A stretch of DNA of 64,000 bases from Acholeplasmataceae bacterium (GTDB lineage: Bacteria; Bacillota_I; Bacilli_A; Acholeplasmatales; Acholeplasmataceae), in contig JAZHDG010000035.1 in NCBI GenBank assembly GCA_036584525.1, positions 4,839-68,838 of the forward strand, written 5' to 3'. Made by a program: the position numbers and the translations under genes. Positions 41,872 to 51,054 of the stretch are shown piece by piece; positions within the stretch are counted from its first letter, which is position 1; every line of letters begins with the position of its first letter. A model generated the notes under the pieces. That model saw only the letters and a program-made list of their open reading frames with translations. It did no database searches and was not told where the DNA came from.

Positions 41872-42932
41872 ACTTGCTCTCCGATGAGTTGTCTTTTTTG
41901 AAACTCATTTAACAAGGGTTCTAAGATTAAATCTAACTTACCTTCAATGATTGCATCTAATCTTTGTAAAGTTAAACCAATACGATGATCAGATACACGA
42001 TTTTGTGGGTAATTATAGGTTCTAATTTTTTCACTTCTTTCGCCACGGCCGACTAATGATCTTCTTTCAGCATCTTCTTTTTCCATTTGAGCTTCAATCA
42101 TTTGATCATAGATACGCGTCTTTAATAATCTAAAGGCTTTATCGCGGTTTTCGTGTTGACTTTTCCCCTCTTGACAAGCAACTGCAATCCCAGTGGGAAT
42201 ATGTGTTAATCTAACAGCTGATTTAGTTGTGTTCACGGATTGTCCACCTGGGCCTGATGAATTATAGGTATCAAAACGAATGTCTTCCCATTTCACATCA
42301 AGTTCTACTTCTTCAGCTTCTGGCATGACAAGAACAGTGGCTGTCGATGTATGTACACGTCCCATGGATTCAGTTTCTGGAACGCGTTGGACACGGTGAA
42401 CACCAGATTCATATTTTAAAAATGAGTAAACTAATTTTCCGGATACCATAAATTCAATCGATGTAAAGCCACCCATACTACCTTCCATCGCATTTAGAAT
42501 TTCGATTTTCCAATTTTTAGTTTCAGCATATTTTGAATACATTCTAAAAAGATCACCTGCAAAGATGTTTGCTTCATCTCCACCAGCGGCACCTTTAATT
42601 TCCATAATGACGTTTTTTTCATCATTTGGATCTTTTGGCAATAAAAGAATTTTTAGTCTTTCTTCAGTATCAATAAGAATTTGTTCAATTTCATCTCGTT
42701 CAAATTTTGCGAGTTCAACTAAATCATCCTCTTTATTATCTTCAATTAAAGCTTCTAAATCTTTTAATTCTTTTTCTTTTTCAAGATAAAAATGATAAAC
42801 CTCCACGATTTCTTGTATGGAGCTTGATTCCTTTAATAAGGTTGTCATTTCTTTAACTTCAAGTTTGCCACTTGATAATTTGTCTTGAATATCTTTGTAT
42901 TGTTTTTCGATCAATTTTAAACGATCAAACAT
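41868..42932 (-). CDS. prfA: Peptide chain release factor 1
   Basis: SGPGGQSVN (GGQ motif). 354 aa. Confidence 0.97.
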   Translation of the reverse strand: MFDRLKLIEKQYKDIQDKLSSGKLEVKEMTTLLKESSSIQEIVEVYHFYLEKEKELKDLEALIEDNKEDDLVELAKFERDEIEQILIDTEERLKILLLPKDPNDEKNVIMEIKGAAGGDEANIFAGDLFRMYSKYAETKNWKIEILNAMEGSMGGFTSIEFMVSGKLVYSFLKYESGVHRVQRVPETESMGRVHTSTATVLVMPEAEEVELDVKWEDIRFDTYNSSGPGGQSVNTTKSAVRLTHIPTGIAVACQEGKSQHENRDKAFRLLKTRIYDQMIEAQMEKEDAERRSLVGRGERSEKIRTYNYPQNRVSDHRIGLTLQRLDAIIEGKLDLILEPLLNEFQKRQLIGEQV

Positions 42933-43077
42933 AATATCACCCGTTAAATAATACCATATTTTATGACAATTTACTACGTAAACAAATAGTTAAAATTATT
43001 GTATATTTTAACAAATATGTTAAAATATGGCTTGTTTAGTATAAAAAAGCATATAAATAGCAATGAAATACCCCCTA

Positions 43078-43086
43078 TGTTATAAT
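43078..43086 (+). promoter_or_regulatory. Extended -10 element (TGTTATAAT) for dps
   Basis: A TGnTATAAT match ~34 nt upstream of the dps ATG. Confidence 0.5.
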
Positions 43087-43119
43087 AAAAGCAGAAATAA
43101 GAAAGGAAAGGTATTAAAT

Positions 43120-43554
43120 ATGGAAAAACTTTATCAAGCTTTAAACAAGCAAGTCGCAAACTTAAGCGTATTCTTTACGAAGTTGCATCATTTTCACTGG
43201 TATGTTACCGGTCCTAACTTCTATGCATTACACGGAAAATTTGAAGAGTTCTACGATGAAATGAATGAATTATATGATGGATTCGCAGAAAGATTATTAA
43301 TGATAGGTGGCAAACCAATATCAAATCTTAAGGGTTATTTAGAAATCGCATCAATTAAAGAAGCAAGTGGTTTAGAAAAACCTGAAGAAATGGTTAAACA
43401 CATTCTTGATGACTTTAAATTATTAACCATTGAGTTAAAAGAAACTTTAAAAATTTCTCAAGATCAAAATGATGAAGTTACTGCTGATTTAATTATTGGC
43501 ACACTTGCAAGTTTTGAAAAGCACATTTGGATGTTAACTTATACACTCAAATAA
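43120..43554 (+). CDS. dps: Dps-family DNA-protecting ferritin-like protein
   Basis: LHHFHWYVTGPNFYALHGKFEEFYDE ferroxidase motif. True start is ATG 43120 (SD AAGGAAAGG); the track ORF is over-extended. Confidence 0.93.
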   Translation: MEKLYQALNKQVANLSVFFTKLHHFHWYVTGPNFYALHGKFEEFYDEMNELYDGFAERLLMIGGKPISNLKGYLEIASIKEASGLEKPEEMVKHILDDFKLLTIELKETLKISQDQNDEVTADLIIGTLASFEKHIWMLTYTLK

Positions 43555-43565
43555 TAAAAAGAAAT

Positions 43566-43589
43566 GCACCAAGCAAATTTGCTTGGTGC
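43566..43589. terminator. Bidirectional terminator between dps and dnaB
   Basis: GCACCAAGCA-aatt-TGCTTGGTGC with T-runs on both strands. Confidence 0.85.
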
Positions 43590-43596
43590 TATTTTT

Positions 43597-44952
43597 TTAA
43601 TCTTTAAATGATTCTTCTTCACGTTCTGTTTGAACGGTAAATCGTGAAAATTCTGTATCAAATCTAAACTTAAGGGTAATACCCGCGGCACCTTGCCGAT
43701 TTTTTGCAATCGAAAGTTCAACCTCACCTGTTTTACTTTCGGCATTTCTTTCATAATAATCATTACGATACAAAAACATAACAATATCTGCATCTTGCTC
43801 AATACTTCCAGACTCTCTTAAATCCGATAAAATTGGACGCTTATCTTCACGTTTTTCAACGTCACGAGATAACTGAGACAACGCCAAGATAGGTACTTTA
43901 AGTTCTCTAGCCATCTGCTTTAGTCCTCTAGAGATTTTGGCAACTTCTTCTTGACGATTGCCTGATCGACTATCATCAGCTTTGATTAATTGGAGATAGT
44001 CTATCACAACAAAATCTAATCTTCCTTGTTGCGCAATTTTGCGGCACTTTGCGCGAATATCAGAAACTGTTACCGATGATGAATCATCAAAAACAATTGG
44101 TAATCGTGATAAAGATTGCATACCGCCTTCTAAAAATTGCCATTCACGAGATGTGAGTTTACCCGTTTTAATTTTTGTGTTTTCAATGTTAGCTTCTGCT
44201 GAAAGCATTCTGGAAACCAACTGTTCATTGCTCATTTCCAAACTGAATATCGCAACTCCAGCTTTTCCATCTTTATTTCTTTTCGCCACATTTAACGCTA
44301 AATTCATTGCAAAAGCACTCTTACCCATTGATGGACGAGCAGCTAAAATGATTAATTCTTCGGGTTGAAGACCATTTGTAAAATGATCTAGATTTGAAAA
44401 CCCAGTTCTTAAACCGGTTACATCACCTTTTTTATCACGGTTACGTTCGGTTTTTTCTTTAACTTCTGTAATTACTTCTGAAAGTTCTAAAAATACGGTT
44501 GTTTTTCTTTTTTGTGAAAGTGCAAAAATACTTTCTTCAGCTCTTGTCAAATATTCTCCAGCAGAATTTGCACCTTGATAGCCTTCCTCAAGAATTTCTC
44601 CAGCAAGTCTGATCACCTGACGTTTTAAAGAACCATCCTTCACTAAATCAATATAAGTCTCTAAATGTGCTGTCGAAGGAACAGATTCTGAAAGTTCAAG
44701 CAAATAAGTCATGCCACCAGCTTTGCCCAATGTTTGTTCTGCCTCAAGACGAGCGGCTATGGTGGCATAATCAATCTTAGAATTTTCTTGGTAAAGATCT
44801 TTCATTGCTTTATAGATGAGGCTATGGCTTAAAGCATAGAAATCATCTGGATTTAATTGGTCAATCACTTCGACAACTTTTTTGGGTTCCAAAAACACTG
44901 TCCCCAAAACAGATTGTTCTGCTTCGTGATGATGCGGTAAACTTTTAGCCAT
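43597..44952 (-). CDS. dnaB: Replicative DNA helicase (DnaB family; called DnaC in Bacillus nomenclature)
   Basis: PHHHEAEQSVLG N-terminus, Walker A ARPSMGKSAFA and IDYLQL. Confidence 0.97.
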   Translation of the reverse strand: MAKSLPHHHEAEQSVLGTVFLEPKKVVEVIDQLNPDDFYALSHSLIYKAMKDLYQENSKIDYATIAARLEAEQTLGKAGGMTYLLELSESVPSTAHLETYIDLVKDGSLKRQVIRLAGEILEEGYQGANSAGEYLTRAEESIFALSQKRKTTVFLELSEVITEVKEKTERNRDKKGDVTGLRTGFSNLDHFTNGLQPEELIILAARPSMGKSAFAMNLALNVAKRNKDGKAGVAIFSLEMSNEQLVSRMLSAEANIENTKIKTGKLTSREWQFLEGGMQSLSRLPIVFDDSSSVTVSDIRAKCRKIAQQGRLDFVVIDYLQLIKADDSRSGNRQEEVAKISRGLKQMARELKVPILALSQLSRDVEKREDKRPILSDLRESGSIEQDADIVMFLYRNDYYERNAESKTGEVELSIAKNRQGAAGITLKFRFDTEFSRFTVQTEREEESFKD

Positions 44953-44961
44953 TGATTTTGC

Positions 44962-45405
44962 CTACTTTTCTATAATATGTACTTCAAATTGTGCTTTTAT
45001 ATCTTTATGGAGTTGAACGGTTGCAGTGTAAATGCCAACAGAGTTGATATCACTTGATAATTCAACTTTTTTCTTATCGATTAAAATATGGTGATCCTGT
45101 TCAAATTGTTCAACAATCTGCTTAGTCGTCACGTGACCAAATAATTTCCCGTCTTGTCCAATCTGAATTCCAAGCGTTATTTTCTTTCCATCAATTTCTG
45201 CTTTTAGTTTGCGCATTAATTCTAAATGACGTTCTATTTCTTGTTTTTCTTCTTCTTTTTGTTGTTTTAAAGCTTCTAAGTTTTCATCAGATGCCATCAT
45301 TGCCTTTTTTTGTGTCACAAGATATTGACCAAAACCAGCAGCAACATCCAAAATATCATCTTTTTTCCCACGGCCTTTAACATCTTCTAATAAAATGATT
45401 TTCAT
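44962..45405 (-). CDS. rplI: 50S ribosomal protein L9, as an internal-initiation product of the fused frame
   Basis: 147 aa with a canonical L9 N-terminus. The strong SD GGAGGAGAAGGGG ends 5 nt before ATG 45405-45403. Confidence 0.75.
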   Translation of the reverse strand: MKIILLEDVKGRGKKDDILDVAAGFGQYLVTQKKAMMASDENLEALKQQKEEEKQEIERHLELMRKLKAEIDGKKITLGIQIGQDGKLFGHVTTKQIVEQFEQDHHILIDKKKVELSSDINSVGIYTATVQLHKDIKAQFEVHIIEK

Positions 45406-47397
45406 GATTTCCCCTTCTCCTCCATATTCTAAATCAATAATTTTTTTCAATTCATCTTGGACTTCATGAATTGATTTTTGTTTAATTTGTGCGGCAGCAC
45501 TATTTAAATGACCACCGCCACCGATGGTTTCCATAATGACTTGGACATTGATTTTCTGATATGATCTTGCAGAAACCGATACCGTTTCAGCATCAGTTCT
45601 GGCAATCACAAAAGACGCATCAATACCACTAATCATAAGTGCAGCATCAGCAACCTGAGCAAGTAAAACTCGATCTTCATAAACCTCAGACGTTACAACA
45701 AATGCGAAACGATCTAAATAAATATCCACTTGACTTAAGAGTTGATTAATCTCCATCGTGCGCATGAGATCTCTTCTTAGCCATAGTTTAACTTCTGTGA
45801 TATCTGCTCCTAAATCTCTCAATTGAGATGCAACATCAAATGTTCGAGCACTTGTTCGATAACTAAAATTGTTGGTGTCAACAATCAATCCTGCATACAT
45901 CACACTGGCTTCAAGTGGTGTAATTTTAAATTCTTCTAGTGCTGTATAAAAAGACATAATGTCCGTTAATAATTCAATAGTTGAAGATGCATAGGGTTCG
46001 TTAATTGAGAACATTGCATTAAACGTTTCTTCACCAATACGATGATGATCAATCACAATGACTTTATTAGCTTTTTCTAGTAGTTGAGGACTCATCACAA
46101 TTTTGGGTGATTGTGAATCAATAACGACAAGCATACATTCAGGCATAATTTGTCGATATGCGATATCCGAAGTAATAATACTTTCTTTTATTTGTGGATC
46201 TTTTTCAATCACAATGTCATATACTTTTTTAGTCGTTGGATCTAATTTGTCCTCATCCATTACCATGAATACAGGTTTTTTAGATGCTTTTCCAAGATGA
46301 TAAACTGCAAGAAGTGATGCGAAAACATCTAAATCGGCATGCATATGTCCCATAACGAATATGGAAGATGAGCGATCGAACAAATCAGCAATCGTTTGGG
46401 CATTAATTCGTACACCTACTTTAGAACTTTTGGCAGACGCATCATTCTTCGCACCAAAATATTGGATTTTTTGATCTTGAACGTTAACTACGACCTGGTC
46501 TCCACCTCTTTTTTCAGCGAGTTCAACTGCATTTTGTGCATAAATACCTAAGTCTTCATAATCAATGTCCCAAGAAGCTACACCCATTGAAATACTGACT
46601 CTCGTTTTGTTTTGAGTTGAGATAAGTCGAATTTTATCTAAAATATCAAACTTATCTTGAATCATTCTCACGAGTTGTTCACGATATAAAACAACTAATA
46701 ATCTTTCATCCGAATAAGGTTTTAAAAATCCATCATAACGATTTGCCCAATCAGCAATCGCAGCTAAATATTCACCTTTGAGTGAAGATTGTTCTGAAAC
46801 ATCAAATTGCGATAAGGATTCATCAAAATTATCAAGATAAATTATCCCTAAAGCTGGAATACGATTGTGATATTGTAGTTTAATTTTTTCTCTTTCGGTA
46901 ATATTGAAAAGGTAAAAGAATTTGTATTCTGGTCGATACAAAACGTCATATGTCTCTTGTTTAACCAAAATAGTGAAGCTTAGCATATTATCCATGATGT
47001 TCTTATGGAGTTCTACATGCACATCTTCTAAATCTTTCCCTGTAATTTTTGGATCAAAAATTGATTTAGCATGTGGATTTGCCCATTTAATTTCGTATTC
47101 ATCATCCATTGCGATTATCCCAATAGGTAATTCATTGAAAACTTCATCGCCCACTTGATTCACATGGTATGACAATTTCGTCCACATAGAAAGTCGGTTT
47201 TGTAATGTTTTGACCTTTTGACGTTCTTGTAAGTGGAAAGTAATATAGATCGTCACAAAAACAAGCACAAAACTACTCATTAAAAATACAAATTTGAGTA
47301 ATTGATCTAGTGTATCAAATTGAAAATATGGGATGTATAAATAAATACCTGATGCAAAAATTAAAATGGCCATCACAAAAAAAATCCATCGTTTCAT
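44962..47397 (-). CDS. gdpP: GdpP-like c-di-AMP phosphodiesterase (2 TM, PAS-like, degenerate GGDEF, DHH/DHHA1) fused in frame to ribosomal protein L9
   Basis: A single 811-codon frame. It contains the DHH motif VIDHHR and the DHHA1 motif GGGGH, then ...LEYGGEGEI runs directly into MKIILLEDVKGRGKK (L9) with no stop. Start is ATG 47397, after AGGTGG. Confidence 0.8.
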   Translation of the reverse strand: MKRWIFFVMAILIFASGIYLYIPYFQFDTLDQLLKFVFLMSSFVLVFVTIYITFHLQERQKVKTLQNRLSMWTKLSYHVNQVGDEVFNELPIGIIAMDDEYEIKWANPHAKSIFDPKITGKDLEDVHVELHKNIMDNMLSFTILVKQETYDVLYRPEYKFFYLFNITEREKIKLQYHNRIPALGIIYLDNFDESLSQFDVSEQSSLKGEYLAAIADWANRYDGFLKPYSDERLLVVLYREQLVRMIQDKFDILDKIRLISTQNKTRVSISMGVASWDIDYEDLGIYAQNAVELAEKRGGDQVVVNVQDQKIQYFGAKNDASAKSSKVGVRINAQTIADLFDRSSSIFVMGHMHADLDVFASLLAVYHLGKASKKPVFMVMDEDKLDPTTKKVYDIVIEKDPQIKESIITSDIAYRQIMPECMLVVIDSQSPKIVMSPQLLEKANKVIVIDHHRIGEETFNAMFSINEPYASSTIELLTDIMSFYTALEEFKITPLEASVMYAGLIVDTNNFSYRTSARTFDVASQLRDLGADITEVKLWLRRDLMRTMEINQLLSQVDIYLDRFAFVVTSEVYEDRVLLAQVADAALMISGIDASFVIARTDAETVSVSARSYQKINVQVIMETIGGGGHLNSAAAQIKQKSIHEVQDELKKIIDLEYGGEGEIMKIILLEDVKGRGKKDDILDVAAGFGQYLVTQKKAMMASDENLEALKQQKEEEKQEIERHLELMRKLKAEIDGKKITLGIQIGQDGKLFGHVTTKQIVEQFEQDHHILIDKKKVELSSDINSVGIYTATVQLHKDIKAQFEVHIIEK

Positions 47398-47471
47398 AGG
47401 AACCACCTACTTTAAAGATATTATACCAATAATAAAAGCCCATTTCAATTTAATTCGATATACATAGAAAT

Positions 47472-47496
47472 AAAAACTGCATGCAAGCATGCAGTT
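47472..47496 (-). terminator. Intrinsic terminator after rpsR
   Basis: AACTGCATGC-tt-GCATGCAGTT followed by TTTT on the minus strand. Confidence 0.8.
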
Positions 47497-47504
47497 GTTT
47501 TTAT

Positions 47505-47741
47505 TTAGTCTTTAACGAATGGTAATAATGCCATATGTCGTGCTCTTTTAATTGCTGTCGCAAGTGGACGTTGCCATTTTGCAGATGTTCCTGTTACACG
47601 TCTTGGTAAAATCTTACCACGATCTGTAACAAATCTTTTTAATAGTTCGACATCTTTAAAATCAATGTGTTCCACTTTATTTTGAGTAAAGTAACATACT
47701 TTACGACGCTTTTTAAAGCCACCACGTCTTTGTTGTTGCAT
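47505..47741 (-). CDS. rpsR: 30S ribosomal protein S18
   Basis: [18 protein letters not shown]... Start is ATG 47741, after AAAGGAGGAAACATC. The track ORF is over-extended into ssb. Confidence 0.96.
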   Translation of the reverse strand: MQQQRRGGFKKRRKVCYFTQNKVEHIDFKDVELLKRFVTDRGKILPRRVTGTSAKWQRPLATAIKRARHMALLPFVKD

Positions 47742-47754
47742 GATGTTTCCTCCT

Positions 47755-48177
47755 TTAGAATGGTAAATCTTCTTCTGCTGCGAGCTGTTTGCTCGTTTCG
47801 TAGAATTCATCGTTATCCACAGATGGATTGTCCTCTTGGACTTGTTTTGGTTCTGAATCACTTCTACTTTCTAGAAATTGAATCGAATCACACAATACTT
47901 CTGTAACATAACGTGTGCCATTATCGGTTTCGTATTGTCTTGTTTGAATACGTCCTTCGACACCTAATAGTGCGCCTTTTTTGACAAAACGCTCTAAATT
48001 TTCCGCTTGTTTACGCCAAACCACACATTGAATGAAGTCTGCTTGTCTTTCGCCGGATTGGTCGGTAAATTGGCGGTTTACTGCGAGTGTAAATGAGCAT
48101 ACAGCAATATTTGACTGTGTCATTTTTAACTCAGGGTCTTTTGTAATACGACCCACTAATATGACGCGATTCATCAT
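47755..48177 (-). CDS. ssb: Single-stranded DNA-binding protein
   Basis: OB fold ([15 protein letters not shown]) and acidic tail ending DLPF. Confidence 0.96.
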   Translation of the reverse strand: MMNRVILVGRITKDPELKMTQSNIAVCSFTLAVNRQFTDQSGERQADFIQCVVWRKQAENLERFVKKGALLGVEGRIQTRQYETDNGTRYVTEVLCDSIQFLESRSDSEPKQVQEDNPSVDNDEFYETSKQLAAEEDLPF

Positions 48178-48178
48178 A

Positions 48179-48466
48179 TTATTCGCCTTCCTTTACAACG
48201 ATATAGCGAATGACTTCTTCTGTGATTCTAACAACGCGGTTGAATTCTGCAACTGCTTCTGGAGTCGCTTCAACAAGTAGCCAAACGTAATAACCTTTTT
48301 TATGATGTTCAATCTCGTAAGCTAAATCTTTTAGCCCCAACTCTTTGAGCTCAAGAACTTGACTATTATAATTCACAAAAATTTCATTAAAGTGATTTAC
48401 AATTTGTTTAATGTTCTCGCTTTCAACTGTTGGACGGATGATATACATAATTTCGTACTTTTTCAT
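48179..48466 (-). CDS. rpsF: 30S ribosomal protein S6
   Basis: [12 protein letters not shown]. Start is ATG 48466, 8 nt after AGGAGG. Confidence 0.96.
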   Translation of the reverse strand: MKKYEIMYIIRPTVESENIKQIVNHFNEIFVNYNSQVLELKELGLKDLAYEIEHHKKGYYVWLLVEATPEAVAEFNRVVRITEEVIRYIVVKEGE

Positions 48467-48556
48467 CTGTTCCACCTCCTTCTGGTCTATGGTCTTAATA
48501 AGACAAGGATATATCTTATGCTTGGTTATTATATCATAGATATACTGCTTTTACAA
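48467..48556 (-). promoter_or_regulatory. rpsF-ssb-rpsR promoter and structured 5' leader
   Basis: TTGTAA (48556-48551), 17 nt, TGATATAAT (-10 at 48533-48528). Leader hairpin ATAAGA/TCTTAT spans 48498-48519. Confidence 0.55.
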
Positions 48557-48575
48557 TGTTTTTAAATGACGAAAA

Positions 48576-49040
48576 TTAAACGATTAATTCGTCCAATTTT
48601 CGATAGATAAACTGTGTTGTTTTTCGAATAGATTGAATCCGAGTTAATCCATTTAAGTCAATTTCATAATTATATAATTGCTCGATAATCTTGATCGAGA
48701 TAAAAGCTTTTTGTTCATGTGTTTGTGGTTCAAAAGTTGGACCTGCATTCCCCGTAATGCCAACACTGACATCCGATTTGAATTTGGCATAAGTTTGTCT
48801 TGCCATCTCTGTAGCAATCTCTTTACTCACTACAGGATACGTATTAAGAACATTGCGAGATATACCTAATACATCTTGTTTAGACTTGATTTGATAAGCA
48901 ACAATTGACCCTAAAAAGACGTTTGATGCTCCTGATATTTTTACCAATTCAGCCGAAACAAAACCACCTGTCATACTTTCTGAAAATGCGATGGTGAAGC
49001 CTTTTTTAACAAGTTTTTTGTATGTGCTTTTGGCAATCAT
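48576..49040 (-). CDS. pncC: CinA C-terminal domain protein (nicotinamide-nucleotide amidase PncC-like)
   Basis: FSESMTGG and GITGNAGP motifs. 154 aa, standalone. Confidence 0.85.
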   Translation of the reverse strand: MIAKSTYKKLVKKGFTIAFSESMTGGFVSAELVKISGASNVFLGSIVAYQIKSKQDVLGISRNVLNTYPVVSKEIATEMARQTYAKFKSDVSVGITGNAGPTFEPQTHEQKAFISIKIIEQLYNYEIDLNGLTRIQSIRKTTQFIYRKLDELIV

Positions 49041-50131
49041 GATAAGACGACTGTAACGGTGATTTCAACGAATTCACCATCAACTTTACGTAAAACAGTT
49101 ATTGTATGGCTATCCCCCATTTTGGCATCGAGAAGTTGGGCTTGAATGTCCTCGATAGTTTCAACCGGACTATCATTCATCTTAATAATCACATCATCAA
49201 TTTTTAATTCTTTATAACCATTTCGTGTCAAATCAAAATCGATGATGACAACTCCGGTTTCAATATCAGGATATAGTGTAGCATCATAAATTGGATTAAT
49301 ATCAGTATTTCTTTGATCGACTAAATTTCTAACCGTTACCCCTAATCTTGGAACACGTTCAATAATTGTAAAATCACTTTCTGTAAATCCGTTAACAACG
49401 ACTGCTGCCATATTAATGCTAATTGCATAATTTAAACCCTCAGCAGCAATAGTGCCATCTTCAGTTGACACTTCAGTAACTTTCGCAACATTAATACCAA
49501 TGACTTCGCCTTCCAAATTAAAAAGCGGACCACCACTATTTCCAGGATTAACTTCCGCATCGTGCATAATAGCTAAATCCTCTACACCATTATAAGGAAA
49601 TGAAGCTAAGCTCACAATTCCTTGTGTGACATAATTATATTTATTAATATCTTGAGGTGTGCCTATTGCATACACATCTTGGCCTTTTTTAATTTCAATA
49701 TTTGTTCCTGGATTTTCAAAAGGTTCAATGAGATGAACTTGTAAATCTTCATCCGTTTCTATGGTTAGAACAGCAACATCATAAATTGCCGAACTAGCAT
49801 AACTTCTCACCGGAATTCTTGGACCTTCATTTCCATAGCGAATGATAATTTCTCCACCATCTTCGATAACATGATGATTGGTCAGTACATAATATTTAAA
49901 AAATGTCGTTTCAGGAATGGCTTCTTTTCGATAAACAATCCCAGAACCATGACCATTGTCGGTTTGTACAATCACAACAGCACCTTCAACATCACTAATC
50001 ATACTAATCCGTTGTTCCTCATATGATTGCGTTGGTACATAAGGTGTTTCTGGTTCTTCAAATAAGTAACATCCTGAAAGTAAAACTAAAAAGAATAATA
50101 ATAAAATCAAACCTAAACTGCGTTTTTTCAT
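49037..50131 (-). CDS. HtrA/DegP-family trypsin-like serine protease with PDZ domain, lipoprotein-anchored
   Basis: Lipobox LLSGC, catalytic His (TNHHV) and Ser (GNSGGPL), and a C-terminal PDZ. Confidence 0.88.
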   Translation of the reverse strand: MKKRSLGLILLLFFLVLLSGCYLFEEPETPYVPTQSYEEQRISMISDVEGAVVIVQTDNGHGSGIVYRKEAIPETTFFKYYVLTNHHVIEDGGEIIIRYGNEGPRIPVRSYASSAIYDVAVLTIETDEDLQVHLIEPFENPGTNIEIKKGQDVYAIGTPQDINKYNYVTQGIVSLASFPYNGVEDLAIMHDAEVNPGNSGGPLFNLEGEVIGINVAKVTEVSTEDGTIAAEGLNYAISINMAAVVVNGFTESDFTIIERVPRLGVTVRNLVDQRNTDINPIYDATLYPDIETGVVIIDFDLTRNGYKELKIDDVIIKMNDSPVETIEDIQAQLLDAKMGDSHTITVLRKVDGEFVEITVTVVLS

Positions 50132-50889
50132 AAGTTGCCTCCTATATTGAATAACATTTTTGCATTCAAACTTGTTTGTTTAATCACTTCAGCAAGTGAA
50201 ACTTCTTTAATTTCAGCAATTTTTTCTGCGACAAATCTAACATAACTTGGTTCATTTCTTTTTCCTCTAAAGGGAACTGGAGCTAAGTAAGGGCTATCTG
50301 TTTCAATCAATAGATGCTTCAAATCAATATTTTTCACTAATTCAAATGTTTCTAAAGCTTTTTTATAAGTGACTGGTCCATCAATCCCAATATAAAATCC
50401 AAGATCTATCGCTTTTTTTGCATCATCAACATTCGAACTAAAACAATGAAAAACTCCCGTCACTTTTCCTTGATACGGTTTAATTAAGTCGTACGCCTCT
50501 GTAAATGAATTCCTTGTATGAATAACTAAAGGATATTTAGATTCAACAGCTAACTCTATTTGTTTGATAAAAATATCTTTTTGTTTTTCAATATTCTCTT
50601 TCGTCCAATAGAAGTCTAGCCCACACTCACCGATTGCTACGACTTTTGGATGCTTTAATAAATTTGATAGATGTTCGGTATTTCCTTGATCAACAAATCC
50701 CGGATGAATTCCTACAGATGCATAAACAAAATCATAAGATTCCGCAATTTCAATCGCTCTTTGATTAGATGCTTCATCCATGCCAATGACAATAATATGC
50801 TCAATATTGTGTTCAATAGCTCTCAAAATGCAAGCATCAAGATCATCCTTAAATTCCTCAGTATTTAAATGGGCGTGTGTATCAATCAT
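50128..50889 (-). CDS. tatD: TatD-family metal-dependent DNase/hydrolase
   Basis: MIDTHAHL, GECGLDF and ETDSPYL motifs. Confidence 0.93.
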   Translation of the reverse strand: MIDTHAHLNTEEFKDDLDACILRAIEHNIEHIIVIGMDEASNQRAIEIAESYDFVYASVGIHPGFVDQGNTEHLSNLLKHPKVVAIGECGLDFYWTKENIEKQKDIFIKQIELAVESKYPLVIHTRNSFTEAYDLIKPYQGKVTGVFHCFSSNVDDAKKAIDLGFYIGIDGPVTYKKALETFELVKNIDLKHLLIETDSPYLAPVPFRGKRNEPSYVRFVAEKIAEIKEVSLAEVIKQTSLNAKMLFNIGGNL

Positions 50890-51020
50890 CTTTTCCTCAT
50901 CTCGCCTTCTAATCCATATTTTATCATATAAATGATAAATTCAGGGCTTAAAGATTTGCGTCGAATCGAATATAGTGAACCATGGGAAATCTTGTGAATA
51001 AAAGTAAATTTTCAATGCAT

Positions 51021-51044
51021 AAAAAAAAGAGGCTTTCGCCTCTT
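51021..51044 (-). terminator. Intrinsic terminator after tuf
   Basis: AAGAGGC-gaaa-GCCTCTT followed by TTTTTTT on the minus strand. Confidence 0.85.
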
Positions 51045-51054
51045 AAATTTTTTA

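Noticed and set aside
42974-43159. 61-aa minus-strand ORF in the prfA/dps divergent region, and the 87-aa ORF 43539..43802
   Set aside because: The first overlaps the dps promoter and start. The second overlaps the dnaB 3' end and the bidirectional terminator. Neither has an SD and both have AT-rich junk composition.
50932-50997. 21-codon ORF (MINSGLKDLRRIEYSEPWEIL) in the tuf-tatD spacer
   Set aside because: It has no SD, lies on the strand opposite to all neighbouring transcription, and the region is better explained as the tatD promoter.
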